Of a DNA stretch of 53,117 bases, positions 9,587 through 18,052 are shown in pieces; position 1 is the stretch's first letter, and every line of letters starts with the position of its first letter. Under the pieces are notes generated by a model, which was not told the origin of the DNA, made no database searches, and saw nothing but the letters and a program-made list of their open reading frames with translations. The translations under genes were made by a program, and so were the position numbers. This stretch comes from a virus (taxonomy: Duplodnaviria > Caudoviricetes): IMG/VR virus record IMGVR_UViG_3300018074_000005, positions 1 to 53,117 of that record, one strand, 5' to 3'.

Positions 9587-9739
9587 GTGACAAAACCCAA
9601 ACCCAAGTCTAAACGGCCCCCCGGCCCAGCGCCTGAAGTCCTGAACATTGAGGGCAATTGGAAAGACGCCATGCGCGAGATGATTTCCAAGAAGCGCCCG
9701 GTCGGCGGCTGGCCTAAGGTCGAAAAGAAGCGCGGCTGA
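9587..9739 (+). CDS. Small basic protein
   Basis: RBS GGAG then GTG; KRPPGPAPEVLNIEGNWKDAM...KKRPVGGWPK. Confidence 0.5.
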   Translation: MTKPKPKSKRPPGPAPEVLNIEGNWKDAMREMISKKRPVGGWPKVEKKRG

Positions 9740-9782
9740 TCCCACGATGTCCCGCCAAATCCCGCCCGATCCCGCAATTGCG

Positions 9783-10020
9783 TTAAGTACATGCTCCCGG
9801 AATCTTCTCAAGTTCCTCTTTGGGGGCAGCATCAAACATGTCGGACTGGCGCAGAACCTCTTTCTGCTGTGGCGTCCAGGCCGGCTCGTCTTTCTCGATT
9901 TTGAGCCGCTTGATTTCGGCAGGCTTGAAGAAGCCTAGAGTCGGTTCGCTGTTAGCGTCCCGCAGCCTTTTTAACTCGCACAACGAGTCAGATTTCAGCG
10001 GAAAGACGTACCGCTTGCGC
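9783..10020 (-). pseudogene. Fragment of a hypothetical gene
   Basis: Protein-like internal segment (TLGFFKP...EELEKIP) that ends abruptly, with no good start. Confidence 0.4.
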
Positions 10021-10411
10021 TCGCGCGGATCGGCTCGGCAGCTTTAGGGGTCGTCGCATTGGGTGCCTCGCTTAACTGCCAGTGAATTACCCCGTGAGCG
10101 TCGCGCTGTCTATTCAGGTCCGCATCTTTTTCCAATCTGTGAACCCACTGATTGTTGGGAAATAGTTGAGGAAGTCCTGCTGTCGTCCGAATCTCCGTCC
10201 ACGTGAGAGGACGATCCGAGCTTTTGAGCGTCGCCACGATTTTCGTTCTGAAATCTTCGTAGCTCATCTTGCTTTTTCTCGCCTTGTTCCAGTAGGCGCT
10301 TTTGCATTTTGGACAGACTCTAGGCTCGCTCTCGAAATCGCGCGGCACCCATTCATGACCGCAACGTTCGCAGCGATATCCCATGACCGTGATCGGGACT
10401 CTTAAAGCCAT
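9995..10411 (-). CDS. Zinc-ribbon plus winged-helix-like protein
   Basis: YRCERCGHEW...CPKCKSAYWN, similar to 715..909, then LTWTEIR helix; minus-strand TTGACA-17-TAGCTT promoter upstream. Confidence 0.7.
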   Translation of the reverse strand: MALRVPITVMGYRCERCGHEWVPRDFESEPRVCPKCKSAYWNKARKSKMSYEDFRTKIVATLKSSDRPLTWTEIRTTAGLPQLFPNNQWVHRLEKDADLNRQRDAHGVIHWQLSEAPNATTPKAAEPIRASASGTSFR

Positions 10412-10430
10412 CACCTTCCACCTTGCCTGT

Positions 10431-10495
10431 AAGCTACATGCGGCTATGTTACTTGTCAAGTGCCCCTTGACGAGTATGCGAGTGTAGAGTATATT
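10431..10495. promoter_or_regulatory. Back-to-back sigma70 promoters
   Basis: Plus strand: TTGACG (10467)-17-TATATT (10490). Minus strand: TTGACA (10459..10454)-17-TAGCTT. Confidence 0.6.
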
Positions 10496-10719
10496 ACTCG
10501 CAAGGTAAAGGAGCGATGATGGACAGACAAACGCGCGTCGTGGGTCCATTCGCGCTTATCGAGCATACCTTGCAGCATCCTGCCGGGATGAGACGGGGAA
10601 TCATCGAGTAATTTCCGATCTTGCGCCACAACCCGAAGGATACTATGCCATTGTTCGGTCGTTAACACCTCTTTACGCGGTGCTTGACAAATGACTGCCC
10701 GAGCAAGCATAGCAGGCCG

Positions 10720-10860
10720 CATCTAGACGCGGCGGTCGCGCTTTTCGTGGCGTGGTATAACTTCTGCCGGATTCATAAGAGCCTAAGGGTAACGCCCGCG
10801 ATGGAGTCAGGCCTCTCAGATCATATTTGGACCGTGGCCGAGTTGATTTCAGCAACATGA
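10720..10860 (+). pseudogene. IS1-family transposase C-terminal remnant
   Basis: Translates to HLDAAVALFVAWYNFCRIHKSLRVTPAMESGLSDHIWTVAELISAT*, ending within the right IR. Confidence 0.8.
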
Positions 10861-10870
10861 AATCAGAGCA

Positions 10871-11047
10871 TTACCCGATTCCTGACTTGCTTTGCCCCGC
10901 GAACTGGTACAAGAGACATTTCTCCCGACTGTTCTTGTAACCTAACGTATGCGGGCACATTTCGCGGTGATAGCCTTGATAGTCGCCTACCACGATCAGT
11001 TTGTCCTTGATCGCGCGCTCAAGAAGCGCAAAGGTTGCTGACGGCAT
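10871..11047 (-). pseudogene. WYL-like gene truncated by the IS end
   Basis: MPSATFALLERAIKDKLIVVGDYQGYHREMCPHTLGYKNSREKCLLYQFAGQSKSGIG*; the stop codon is supplied by the IS terminal repeat. Confidence 0.5.
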
Positions 11048-11325
11048 TTTCCCCTCCCTATCGGGGAAAAGCGTATCAACCGCAAGTGCTCACGCCTAGA
11101 TAGATGGCGTGGCGAAATATAGCGAATCTCGCTACCTGTATCCTGACTGTCCTAATTTCCCGTCCTCAGTGTCCTAAATCGGACAGCACCCGATGCTGAG
11201 CGCTATTGGGTCGAGAATCAGCCGGTTGAACAGCATCACCACAATTACGAAAAGCGCAGTTCCGAGCACAAACGCTACGATAAACGCGACCGCGATCATG
11301 CACGCCCACAGCGTCCGAAGTATAC

Positions 11326-12690
11326 TCATATTATTGCCTCGATCAGCTCGTCGAATACGTCGCCCTGAGTGATAGTCGAGATGGTCCCGTATTTCCGAAT
11401 GAGCAACCGCATAATCCGGTAATCGATCGTCCCCTCAGCCAGCGCATAGTAAGCCGTGACGGCGTTGCGCTGACCAATCCGATGCAACCGATCCGTCGCC
11501 TGCTGATGCGCTGCCGGCGTCCAACCGAGTTCAGCGAATAGCACATTGCTCGCCGCGGTCAGGTTAATCGACGTACCGGCCGCTTCAAGCGACCCAATGA
11601 AGAGGCGGCAGGCTGGGTTCTCCTGAAACAGGTCGATGTTCGCTTGGCGGGCCGCCGCAGATGATTCCATCCCGACCAAGCGCGCGGCGTTGGGGTAGCG
11701 AGCGCACAAAGCGCGCTGGATGGCCTGATGATAAGCGAAGACGACCAGCTTCTGATCCGACTCCAGGAAATCATCGATCCATGCGAACAGATGCGGGAGC
11801 TTGGCTTGTGCGGCAAGCTGTTTCAGATAGTTCACTCGGACCATGCGCTCGGCCCGGCCGGCACGCTTGGCGGCTGCCGTCCCACGGGTCTGGGCCAGCC
11901 ATTGAAGGAGGTTGCGCTCGGCCTCGCGATACTCCGTTAAGTCCGCACATTCAAGCGGCAGCTCGACATTGCGCCGCTCGGGGAGTTCGGGCATGACCTC
12001 AGCCTTGGTGCGGCCGAGCATGACGCGCGCGACCAGTAGGTCGTGCAATTCTTCGATGTTCGTGCAGCCGGTGGTGTCCCAATAGAAGCGAGTGACGCCA
12101 CGGCGCTGACGCGGATCCCAGCCGAAGAAGCGGTGCTGGGTCGGATTGCAGTAGCGGCGCAGAAACGGCCAATAACCGCCGAAGACGGATCCGAGCAAGC
12201 CCAGAATCTCAAGGGGCGCGACTAGCTCGGCTGGCCGGTTCAGGACTGGCGTGCCGGTCAGCATCCACACCCGAGGGAAGAAAGCGGCCATCCGGGCAGC
12301 ACCCCGCGTGCGCTTCGCCGCGCGGTTCTTGAGCGCTTGAGCCTCATCGAAGACGACTGCTTGCCAGTGTGCGCGCCGTATTGCGATGCCGGGGAAGTGG
12401 CGCATCAAAATGTCGTAGTTGAGGACCGTGATGTCGGCGCCGCCAATCGGATCGCTGGACGAAATGATCTGTACGGAGCGCCCAGGAACCCAGAGCCGAC
12501 ACTCGCGACGCCAATTCAGTTTGGCGGCGGCGCGGCAGACTATCAGCGCCGGATAGGCGTTAAGCGATTCAAGCGAGCGCAGCGCCTGGGCAGTCTTGCC
12601 CAAGCCCATCTCATCGGTGAGATAGGCGCGCGGATGATTGGTGAGGAATGCAACGCCGGTGTGCTGATAGCCGTAGAGTTCGGGCATCAA
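11326..12690 (-). CDS. SNF2-family helicase (HARP/SMARCAL1-like)
   Basis: LYGYQ, DEMGLGKT, VFDEAQ, LTGTPVLNRP, TSINLTAA, QATDRLHRIGQ. Confidence 0.95.
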   Translation of the reverse strand: MMPELYGYQHTGVAFLTNHPRAYLTDEMGLGKTAQALRSLESLNAYPALIVCRAAAKLNWRRECRLWVPGRSVQIISSSDPIGGADITVLNYDILMRHFPGIAIRRAHWQAVVFDEAQALKNRAAKRTRGAARMAAFFPRVWMLTGTPVLNRPAELVAPLEILGLLGSVFGGYWPFLRRYCNPTQHRFFGWDPRQRRGVTRFYWDTTGCTNIEELHDLLVARVMLGRTKAEVMPELPERRNVELPLECADLTEYREAERNLLQWLAQTRGTAAAKRAGRAERMVRVNYLKQLAAQAKLPHLFAWIDDFLESDQKLVVFAYHQAIQRALCARYPNAARLVGMESSAAARQANIDLFQENPACRLFIGSLEAAGTSINLTAASNVLFAELGWTPAAHQQATDRLHRIGQRNAVTAYYALAEGTIDYRIMRLLIRKYGTISTITQGDVFDELIEAII

Positions 12691-12753
12691 AACCAGAGCG
12701 CGAATGCGACGATCAATGCAAGCAGAATCAGTGCACCCAACCAGCCGTCGCGA

Positions 12754-12981
12754 TCATCGTTGGGCCGTCGCGGATAGTCGCTCACATTCATCGTCCGCCC
12801 AGAGCAGGGCGCTTGAAGTGCCGAATGCTCGAATCAAAAGCACGATTGCCTGGTTGATGTCGCCGGTCCTTTCGTCAGGCTTGCCGGAGTGCCTGCCCAC
12901 TGCATCGCTGATCCGAGCTATCGCCCCATGGAGTTGGCCACGCATTTGCGTGTTGAGCAGCTTTCGTTGAACAGGCGTCAT
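12754..12981 (-). CDS. Hypothetical protein
   Basis: RBS GAGGTG before MTPVQRKLL; co-oriented in the minus-strand operon. Confidence 0.5.
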   Translation of the reverse strand: MTPVQRKLLNTQMRGQLHGAIARISDAVGRHSGKPDERTGDINQAIVLLIRAFGTSSALLWADDECERLSATAQR

Positions 12982-13037
12982 GGTAGCACCTCGATAGTCA
13001 TAGTGAAGGCGCAGGGCTAAAGGCGTCAGCGCCGGAA

Positions 13038-13244
13038 TCAAAGCAACTCGCCAATCCAACCACCAAGCAAATAGGCCCCGACTATCAGGACGCCCAGCTC
13101 GCGGGCAATCTCGCCCAGTATCCAGACAGTGACCGCGAGATACACAAAGCCGATGACGACGTAACCCATTGCGCGTGCCAGCCAATCGAGGTCGCTTCGC
13201 CGCATCGTAAGGTGTTCCGTAACTGAGTCACTTTGTGTCTTCAT
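13038..13244 (-). CDS. Small two-TM membrane protein
   Basis: Two hydrophobic stretches. Confidence 0.55.
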   Translation of the reverse strand: MKTQSDSVTEHLTMRRSDLDWLARAMGYVVIGFVYLAVTVWILGEIARELGVLIVGAYLLGGWIGELL

Positions 13245-13470
13245 AGTCGCCAGGGCGGCAACAACCTGTGAATGTGAAGGTCCCTGCGCCGGCTGCGCGC
13301 CTCAGCCCGGCACAGATGGCAGCACTTGTTTGAACGCCCGACGAGATGTCTTCCACGCCAGCAGCGTTTCATCGTGTCGAGCACGATCAGCGCAATGCGT
13401 TGGTTTGTCATAGCACTAGTTCCCTCTCCAGCTCCAGCTGCGCATCATATCCATCACAGTCGGTGGCGGG

Positions 13471-14160
13471 TCATGCCGCTAGCATCCGCTCGATCAGTTC
13501 CAGTGCGGATTGCTGGAGGAGCTTAACTGTCGGTTGTAGTCTCTTCTGTGCTGCGGCGGCCCCTGCGGCGGCCCATGCGACGGCCCATGCGGCGTCCCCT
13601 GCGGCCCCTGCGGCGGCCCCTGCGGCGTCCCATGCGGCGTCCCGTGCGGCGTCCCCTGCGGCGTCCCATGCGGCGTCCCGTGCGGCGTCCCCTGCGGCCC
13701 CTGCGGCGGCCCCTGCGGCATCCCGCGCGGCGTTGATGGCGCGCCCAGTGTGGTGTGGGATTGATGACGCCACCATAAGTTCCGGTAAGCGAGTTAACGC
13801 ATCAGCGTGCGAATCGAGTCCCACCAGTCGCAGCCAAGCTGGCGCATACGTGCGGATCAACCAGTCCAGCGCAAGCATCCTCCGTCGTTCCTCCTGACCC
13901 CGTGAACTCGCGCGAGACCCCACCAGCTTGAGCACCAGCGGTAGGAGCAGGCGCGTTCGATCGGCGTCCGGCAGCGCGTCATTCCAGGCGCGCAGAAAGG
14001 CGCTGATCACTGGGCACGCGCATACGGGCTGAGCCGACCATCGCTCATGTGCGACGTAGGCGACCGCTTCCATGACGCACATGTGCGAGTCGGGCTTGTG
14101 GGCGCCACGGTAAAGCGCCGTGATAGTCTTGAACCGCTCAAGATCAACTGTTGCGTTCAT
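13471..14160 (-). CDS. Phage protein with Ala-rich AA(R/G/W)D tetrapeptide repeats
   Basis: MCVMEAVAYVA...P.CACPVISAFLRAWNDALPD N-terminal domain; RBS GGAG. Confidence 0.8.
   Translation of the reverse strand: MNATVDLERFKTITALYRGAHKPDSHMCVMEAVAYVAHERWSAQPVCACPVISAFLRAWNDALPDADRTRLLLPLVLKLVGSRASSRGQEERRRMLALDWLIRTYAPAWLRLVGLDSHADALTRLPELMVASSIPHHTGRAINAARDAAGAAAGAAGDAARDAAWDAAGDAARDAAWDAAGAAAGAAGDAAWAVAWAAAGAAAAQKRLQPTVKLLQQSALELIERMLAA
13551..13730. repeat. 12-bp tandem repeat array (GCGGCGTCCCNT-like)
   Basis: About 15 degenerate in-frame units. Confidence 0.85.
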
Positions 14161-14342
14161 GCTCCTGCCTCCGGCTCCGGCGCAGCGGGCTCCCGTCGGG
14201 GCACGTTGCGAGGTTTGCGCAGATACTCGGTCAGCGCGGCTTCGATCACATCACAGACATGAGCATCCATATCCAGCGCCCGCTGCTTGGCGCGCTTGAG
14301 TAAAGCCGCGTTAATGGCGAAACTTCTCTTTGGCTCTTTCAT
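14157..14342 (-). CDS. Ribbon-helix-helix DNA-binding protein
   Basis: KRSFAINAALLKRAKQRALD...DVIEAALTEYL. Confidence 0.75.
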   Translation of the reverse strand: MKEPKRSFAINAALLKRAKQRALDMDAHVCDVIEAALTEYLRKPRNVPRREPAAPEPEAGA

Positions 14343-14377
14343 AGAATCATGGTCCCAGTCTCCCTGTTCAACTCAAC

Positions 14378-14620
14378 TTACGGCCGGCCCTCGGTTTTGA
14401 CGATCTCGATTTCGGTTGCCGCCATTTCGAGCGCCCGCAAACAGCTCGCGCAATACGCCTCAGCGGTATTAGCGGACGTGCTCGCGCTCGCCAGTTGCCC
14501 GATGAGCGCATGATCCCCCGTGCGGTAGTGGCCCCACCGTCCGCAATAGGCCGGACCTTGCAGCCCGTCGCTGTAGCCGGGGCGTGGTACATGTTGCTTG
14601 ATTGGTCTTTTCGTCTCCAT
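14378..14620 (-). CDS. Hypothetical protein
   Basis: RBS GAGGAGG; H...YCG...YCASC motifs. Confidence 0.55.
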   Translation of the reverse strand: METKRPIKQHVPRPGYSDGLQGPAYCGRWGHYRTGDHALIGQLASASTSANTAEAYCASCLRALEMAATEIEIVKTEGRP

Positions 14621-14623
14621 GTC

Positions 14624-14944
14624 TCAGTCCTCCTCATCGCGGTCAAATTTAGAAATCCAAGCAAGTTCGGCGCCCACTTGATCGTAAATTTCGTCCGAAA
14701 CGCACAGTTCGCGGACCCGGTCGATCGCCTCGTCATCATCCCGCAGCCCGGGGGAGCAACGCCCCATCTCGGCGCAGTTGTATGGGACGAGCACGAAGCG
14801 ACGTGCGGCGCGGCCATCGATCAGCGCATCCACATCCGTATCGCCGGTGATCATGCCGGGTCCATATATCCAGCCGCCACCGTGGCGCACTACAACTGCT
14901 TGGTCACGCTCGACGACAATCGGACCGCAGCGCATTTGTCGCAC
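14624..14944 (-). CDS. Hypothetical protein
   Basis: Co-oriented ORF near the start of the minus-strand operon. Confidence 0.5.
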   Translation of the reverse strand: MRQMRCGPIVVERDQAVVVRHGGGWIYGPGMITGDTDVDALIDGRAARRFVLVPYNCAEMGRCSPGLRDDDEAIDRVRELCVSDEIYDQVGAELAWISKFDRDEED

Positions 14945-15074
14945 AGCGACCAGTCATGATCCCGGTCGAGCTCGCAATCGAAATTCCCTTCCTCGATTAC
15001 CGCGTCGCAGTTAAGACAAGTGTGTTTGTGTGCCATCGGCCTTTTCTCCCTACGCGCACTCGCGATAGATGCAT

Positions 15075-15117
15075 CAACAATACGCTCACCGTATAGCTTT
15101 TGTCAAGGGCTTGAATC
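15075..15117 (-). promoter_or_regulatory. Sigma70-type early promoter, copy 2 of the 43-bp inverted repeat
   Basis: Exact reverse complement of 940..982; points into the minus-strand operon. Confidence 0.8.
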
Positions 15118-15281
15118 ACGCTGTCAAGCGATAATGCGATGCTAGCGCAAAGATTCCTGAAGAGAAAGCGAAGGCCCCTCCCCCACTTGACAGCACCCGG
15201 CCAGGGCGCGCTATACCATTGGCGGCGTCAACGCCGCCTAATTATAAATCGCGCCACCCTAACCTCCGCGCCCCCTCAACC

Positions 15282-15542
15282 ATGACCAAACGTAAACCTC
15301 TCCCCCCAGTCCATCTCCAATCCTCCGATGGCCATCGCCGCGCCCGCTGCATCCGCGCTGGTAAAGTCCGTGCTGCGTTCTGGCGGGCCCTGGGCTTCCC
15401 CAACCTGGTCCGCGCCCGCATTGCGCGGGCAGCTAAACGTGCACTCTTATCCCCAGCGCTTAATGTGCATCAAACCCTGCAAACACACACACCAACACGA
15501 GCTCGGCAGCTCATCGGCCCCGATACCAGCAGTCGGATATAA
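15282..15542 (+). CDS. Basic hypothetical protein
   Basis: Arg-rich ORF downstream of a TTGACA at 15187. Confidence 0.4.
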   Translation: MTKRKPLPPVHLQSSDGHRRARCIRAGKVRAAFWRALGFPNLVRARIARAAKRALLSPALNVHQTLQTHTPTRARQLIGPDTSSRI

Positions 15543-16068
15543 GCCCCGTCCGGCGGGCCTTATTCGCATATCGACCTACGGCGCTTGACAACTGGTAGGT
15601 GACTACCCCTTAGCTATCCCCAGCAACCCGGAGCATCCAGCTCACACCCGTAACCGTCTCTCCCCCATTACCATTCCCATCTCATCCTCTGTCCTAAGAA
15701 CCGAGCCTCCGGCTTGGCTCCGTGTTCGGGTCCCATAGGAGGGTGGATCGGCGTGTAGAGTTAAGAGATCCGGAAAATAGAATCCGGATACTATTGTATA
15801 GAACAGGGATAAAGTGATATTCGAATAGAAGTGATATGGGGATACATCGAGGCTGTCCGACGTGCGGGTGTAAGGAGCCGATGGGGACGGTGGAGAGGGC
15901 GCGGAGGGCGGCGGGGGCACGGTGGGGGCGGGAGGGGGGAGGGGGAGTAGAAGATAAAGGCCGGCGCAAAAGAGAGCGGGTGTTGGGGGCGAGGAGAAGC
16001 GGGGAGATAGTGGGATGTCCGCTGGCGCGGGCGGAATGCGGTGGGGTGAAGTTCTGTAGGTTGGGAGT

Positions 16069-16266
16069 TTGTCATGCAGGAGAGTGAGCGATGAAGCTAT
16101 GCTCGACCTAAAAGATCTCTGGCAAGCGGTGCTCGATTGCGACTGCGGAGCGTGGTGCAGTAACTGCTGTGAAGCGTTCGGTGCAATTGGCGATGCGCTG
16201 GATAGGAAGTGTCCGGCCTGCGGTGGTCGCTGCGAAGTGAAAGTAGCGTGTCCGATACATGAATAA
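16069..16266 (+). CDS. Small Cys-rich (Zn finger) protein
   Basis: CDCGAWCSNC...CPACGG...CPIH. Confidence 0.55.
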   Translation: MSCRRVSDEAMLDLKDLWQAVLDCDCGAWCSNCCEAFGAIGDALDRKCPACGGRCEVKVACPIHE

Positions 16267-16299
16267 GGAGCGCAAGAACTGTCACCCAAACAGGGCGCG

Positions 16300-17955
16300 A
16301 TGAACAGCGGACAAATACGCGCGCCCGGCGGCGCTGACGCCGCAAGCAAGCAAGCGCAAGGCGTCGGCGTGATCCTGCGTGCTGATGCCCGCCGGATACC
16401 GCTCGCTGATCGGAGCGTGCAGATGTGTGTGACGAGCCCGCCCTATTGGGGACTGCGCGATTATCAGGTGGCGGGCCAGATCGGCTTGGAGGCCGGCCCC
16501 GAGGAGTACGTTGCGACGATGGTGGCGGTGATGCACGAGGTGCGGCGGGTGCTCAGAGATGACGGCACACTGTGGCTGAATCTGGGCGACTTATATAATG
16601 GCGCCGGGCATGGACCCGACCAGCAAGCCGGGGTGAAAGGATGGGATGGTAAAGGACGCCCGACGAAGGTTGAGGGCCTCAAGCCGAAAGACCTGCTGGG
16701 GATGCCTTGGCGGGTCGCCTTCGCGTTGCAGGCTAATGACTGGTATCTGCGTAGCGATATCATTTGGGCCAAGCCCAATCCGATGCCGGAGAGCGTCACG
16801 GACCGGCCTACGCGGAGTCACGAATATCTGTTCCTACTGTCGAAGTCTGAGCGTTATTTCTACGATCACGCGGCCATCTTCGAGCCGTTAGCGGAGGCGA
16901 GTGTTGCGCGGATCCAGCAGGCGAACTTCGATGCTCAGCGAGGCGGTCCCAAAGACTATGGCCCACTGAGCAATCGTAGCGCGCGCCAAGCTTTGGTCAA
17001 TCTCAAGGCACGCACGATTCCGCCACAGATCGAAGAGAACCCTGAGCGATACGCGCATCTCGTACCAGCAAGCTATCATGGCTCTCTGTTCGCAAAGGGC
17101 AAGACAGCCGCGACGAAGCCCACGGTAGGTCAAGGTCCGCGCTACGACCACACCGGTCGTAACAAGCGCGACGTGTGGTTCATCAATAGCGAGCCGTTTA
17201 GCGACTGGCAGAAAACTTCCCGTCGTCTCCGTGTGGCAGCGGATGAGCGCGCCGATGGCAAGACGCGCATAATGTCTCCAGATTGTCCGTTGCATGGGGA
17301 TCGGTCTGTCGAGGTTGCCAGTGTTGTTTATGATGCACATGCAGCCGATTCTGTGAGCCACAGTGAACGCAACGACGATGATCTCGCTCAAGAACAATTA
17401 GACGGTTACGCTGCCACTGGCCAGCTCCCCTCGCCGGACTGCGCTCCCGATATGCCGGATTTGCAGGACCAATCGTCTGCTCAGCTTGCCATTGGCCGTA
17501 ACACTCGAAGCCGCAAAACGGACCTCGCTCTTGAGACCAATCCGCCATATAGCGTTTCCGTTGAAACGGTCACGAACACTGACGACAGGTCAGGGTTACT
17601 CTTTTCGGCTGATTCGGCTGGCCACAAGCCCGCGAACAATAGCGTTGCGGGCGATTCGGCCGATGTTCCTTCGGTTCAAATCCGCGACCGCAGCGAAGGC
17701 ATTTGCTCATGTGAGTATTATATCACAATCGCCGAGAATACGAGCCATTTCGCAACCTATCCGCAGGCGCTCATCGAGCCATGTATCTTGGCGGGTTCGC
17801 GTCCAGGCGACTTGGTGCTTGACCCGTTTCTCGGCTCCGGCACTACCGGCGAGGTCTGCGAACGGCTCGGCCGCCGCTGGATCGGGTTGGAGCTGAGCGA
17901 AAGCTACTGCCGGCTGGCGAGCCGCCGGACCGCGCAAATGGGGCTGGGTCTGTGA
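16300..17955 (+). CDS. N4-C/N6-A DNA methyltransferase (beta class) with an in-frame insertion of about 180 aa
   Basis: VTSPPYWGLRDY, LWLNLGD, IIWAKPNPMPESV.DRPT, RNKRDVW, HFATYP, DPFLGSGTT. The insertion lies between EPF (17199) and SHFATYP (17743). Confidence 0.93.
   Translation: MNSGQIRAPGGADAASKQAQGVGVILRADARRIPLADRSVQMCVTSPPYWGLRDYQVAGQIGLEAGPEEYVATMVAVMHEVRRVLRDDGTLWLNLGDLYNGAGHGPDQQAGVKGWDGKGRPTKVEGLKPKDLLGMPWRVAFALQANDWYLRSDIIWAKPNPMPESVTDRPTRSHEYLFLLSKSERYFYDHAAIFEPLAEASVARIQQANFDAQRGGPKDYGPLSNRSARQALVNLKARTIPPQIEENPERYAHLVPASYHGSLFAKGKTAATKPTVGQGPRYDHTGRNKRDVWFINSEPFSDWQKTSRRLRVAADERADGKTRIMSPDCPLHGDRSVEVASVVYDAHAADSVSHSERNDDDLAQEQLDGYAATGQLPSPDCAPDMPDLQDQSSAQLAIGRNTRSRKTDLALETNPPYSVSVETVTNTDDRSGLLFSADSAGHKPANNSVAGDSADVPSVQIRDRSEGICSCEYYITIAENTSHFATYPQALIEPCILAGSRPGDLVLDPFLGSGTTGEVCERLGRRWIGLELSESYCRLASRRTAQMGLGL
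17198..17710 (-). CDS. HNH endonuclease with N-terminal Zn-finger repeats, nested antisense in the methyltransferase; one in-frame TGA at 17572..17570
   Basis: MSKCLRCGRGF...RYCSRAC...CRQCS*PF...FCGFECY...VLERDHRRCVHCG...LHVHHK...NLETLCASCHRRAH. Confidence 0.85.
17717..17725 (-). promoter_or_regulatory. Extended -10 promoter for a leaderless HNH transcript
   Basis: Minus strand reads TG-A-TATAAT-ACTCAC-ATG. Confidence 0.7.
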
Positions 17956-17984
17956 ATGAGCGGCGGCGCTGACGCCGCATCCGC

Positions 17985-18014
17985 TTGACAAAGATCGCGC
18001 AGTGGGATTAAAAA
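17985..18014 (+). promoter_or_regulatory. Putative promoter of the late/packaging operon
   Basis: TTGACA (17985), then TTAAAAA 17-18 nt downstream; immediately preceded by a copy of the 14-bp motif. Confidence 0.5.
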
Positions 18015-18052
18015 TATCTCGTACCCCACTTTCAACAATCGAGGTAGAGAAA

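Larger units (their letters stand above)
7953..10875 (+). mobile_element. IS1-family-derived non-autonomous element with passenger genes (about 2.9 kb)
   Basis: 25-bp terminal inverted repeats GGTGATGCTCTGATTCTGTGTTGCT (7953-7977) and GGTAATGCTCTGATTTCATGTTGCT (reverse complement of 10851-10875), 21/25 identical, with IS1-like GGTRATG ends. A transposase C-terminal remnant abuts the right end. No target-site duplication seen. Confidence 0.75.

Noticed and set aside
13551-13730. Novel repeat system
   Set aside because: Ala-rich AAWD/AARD repeat proteins are common in phages; an ordinary coding tandem repeat.
17570-17572. Genome-wide TGA recoding
   Set aside because: Many genes end in TGA with ATGA/TGATG coupling; a single nonsense mutation is simpler.
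17200-17742. Intein in the methyltransferase
   Set aside because: No HN-C/S/T C-terminal splice junction or Hint blocks visible; the nuclease is on the opposite strand.
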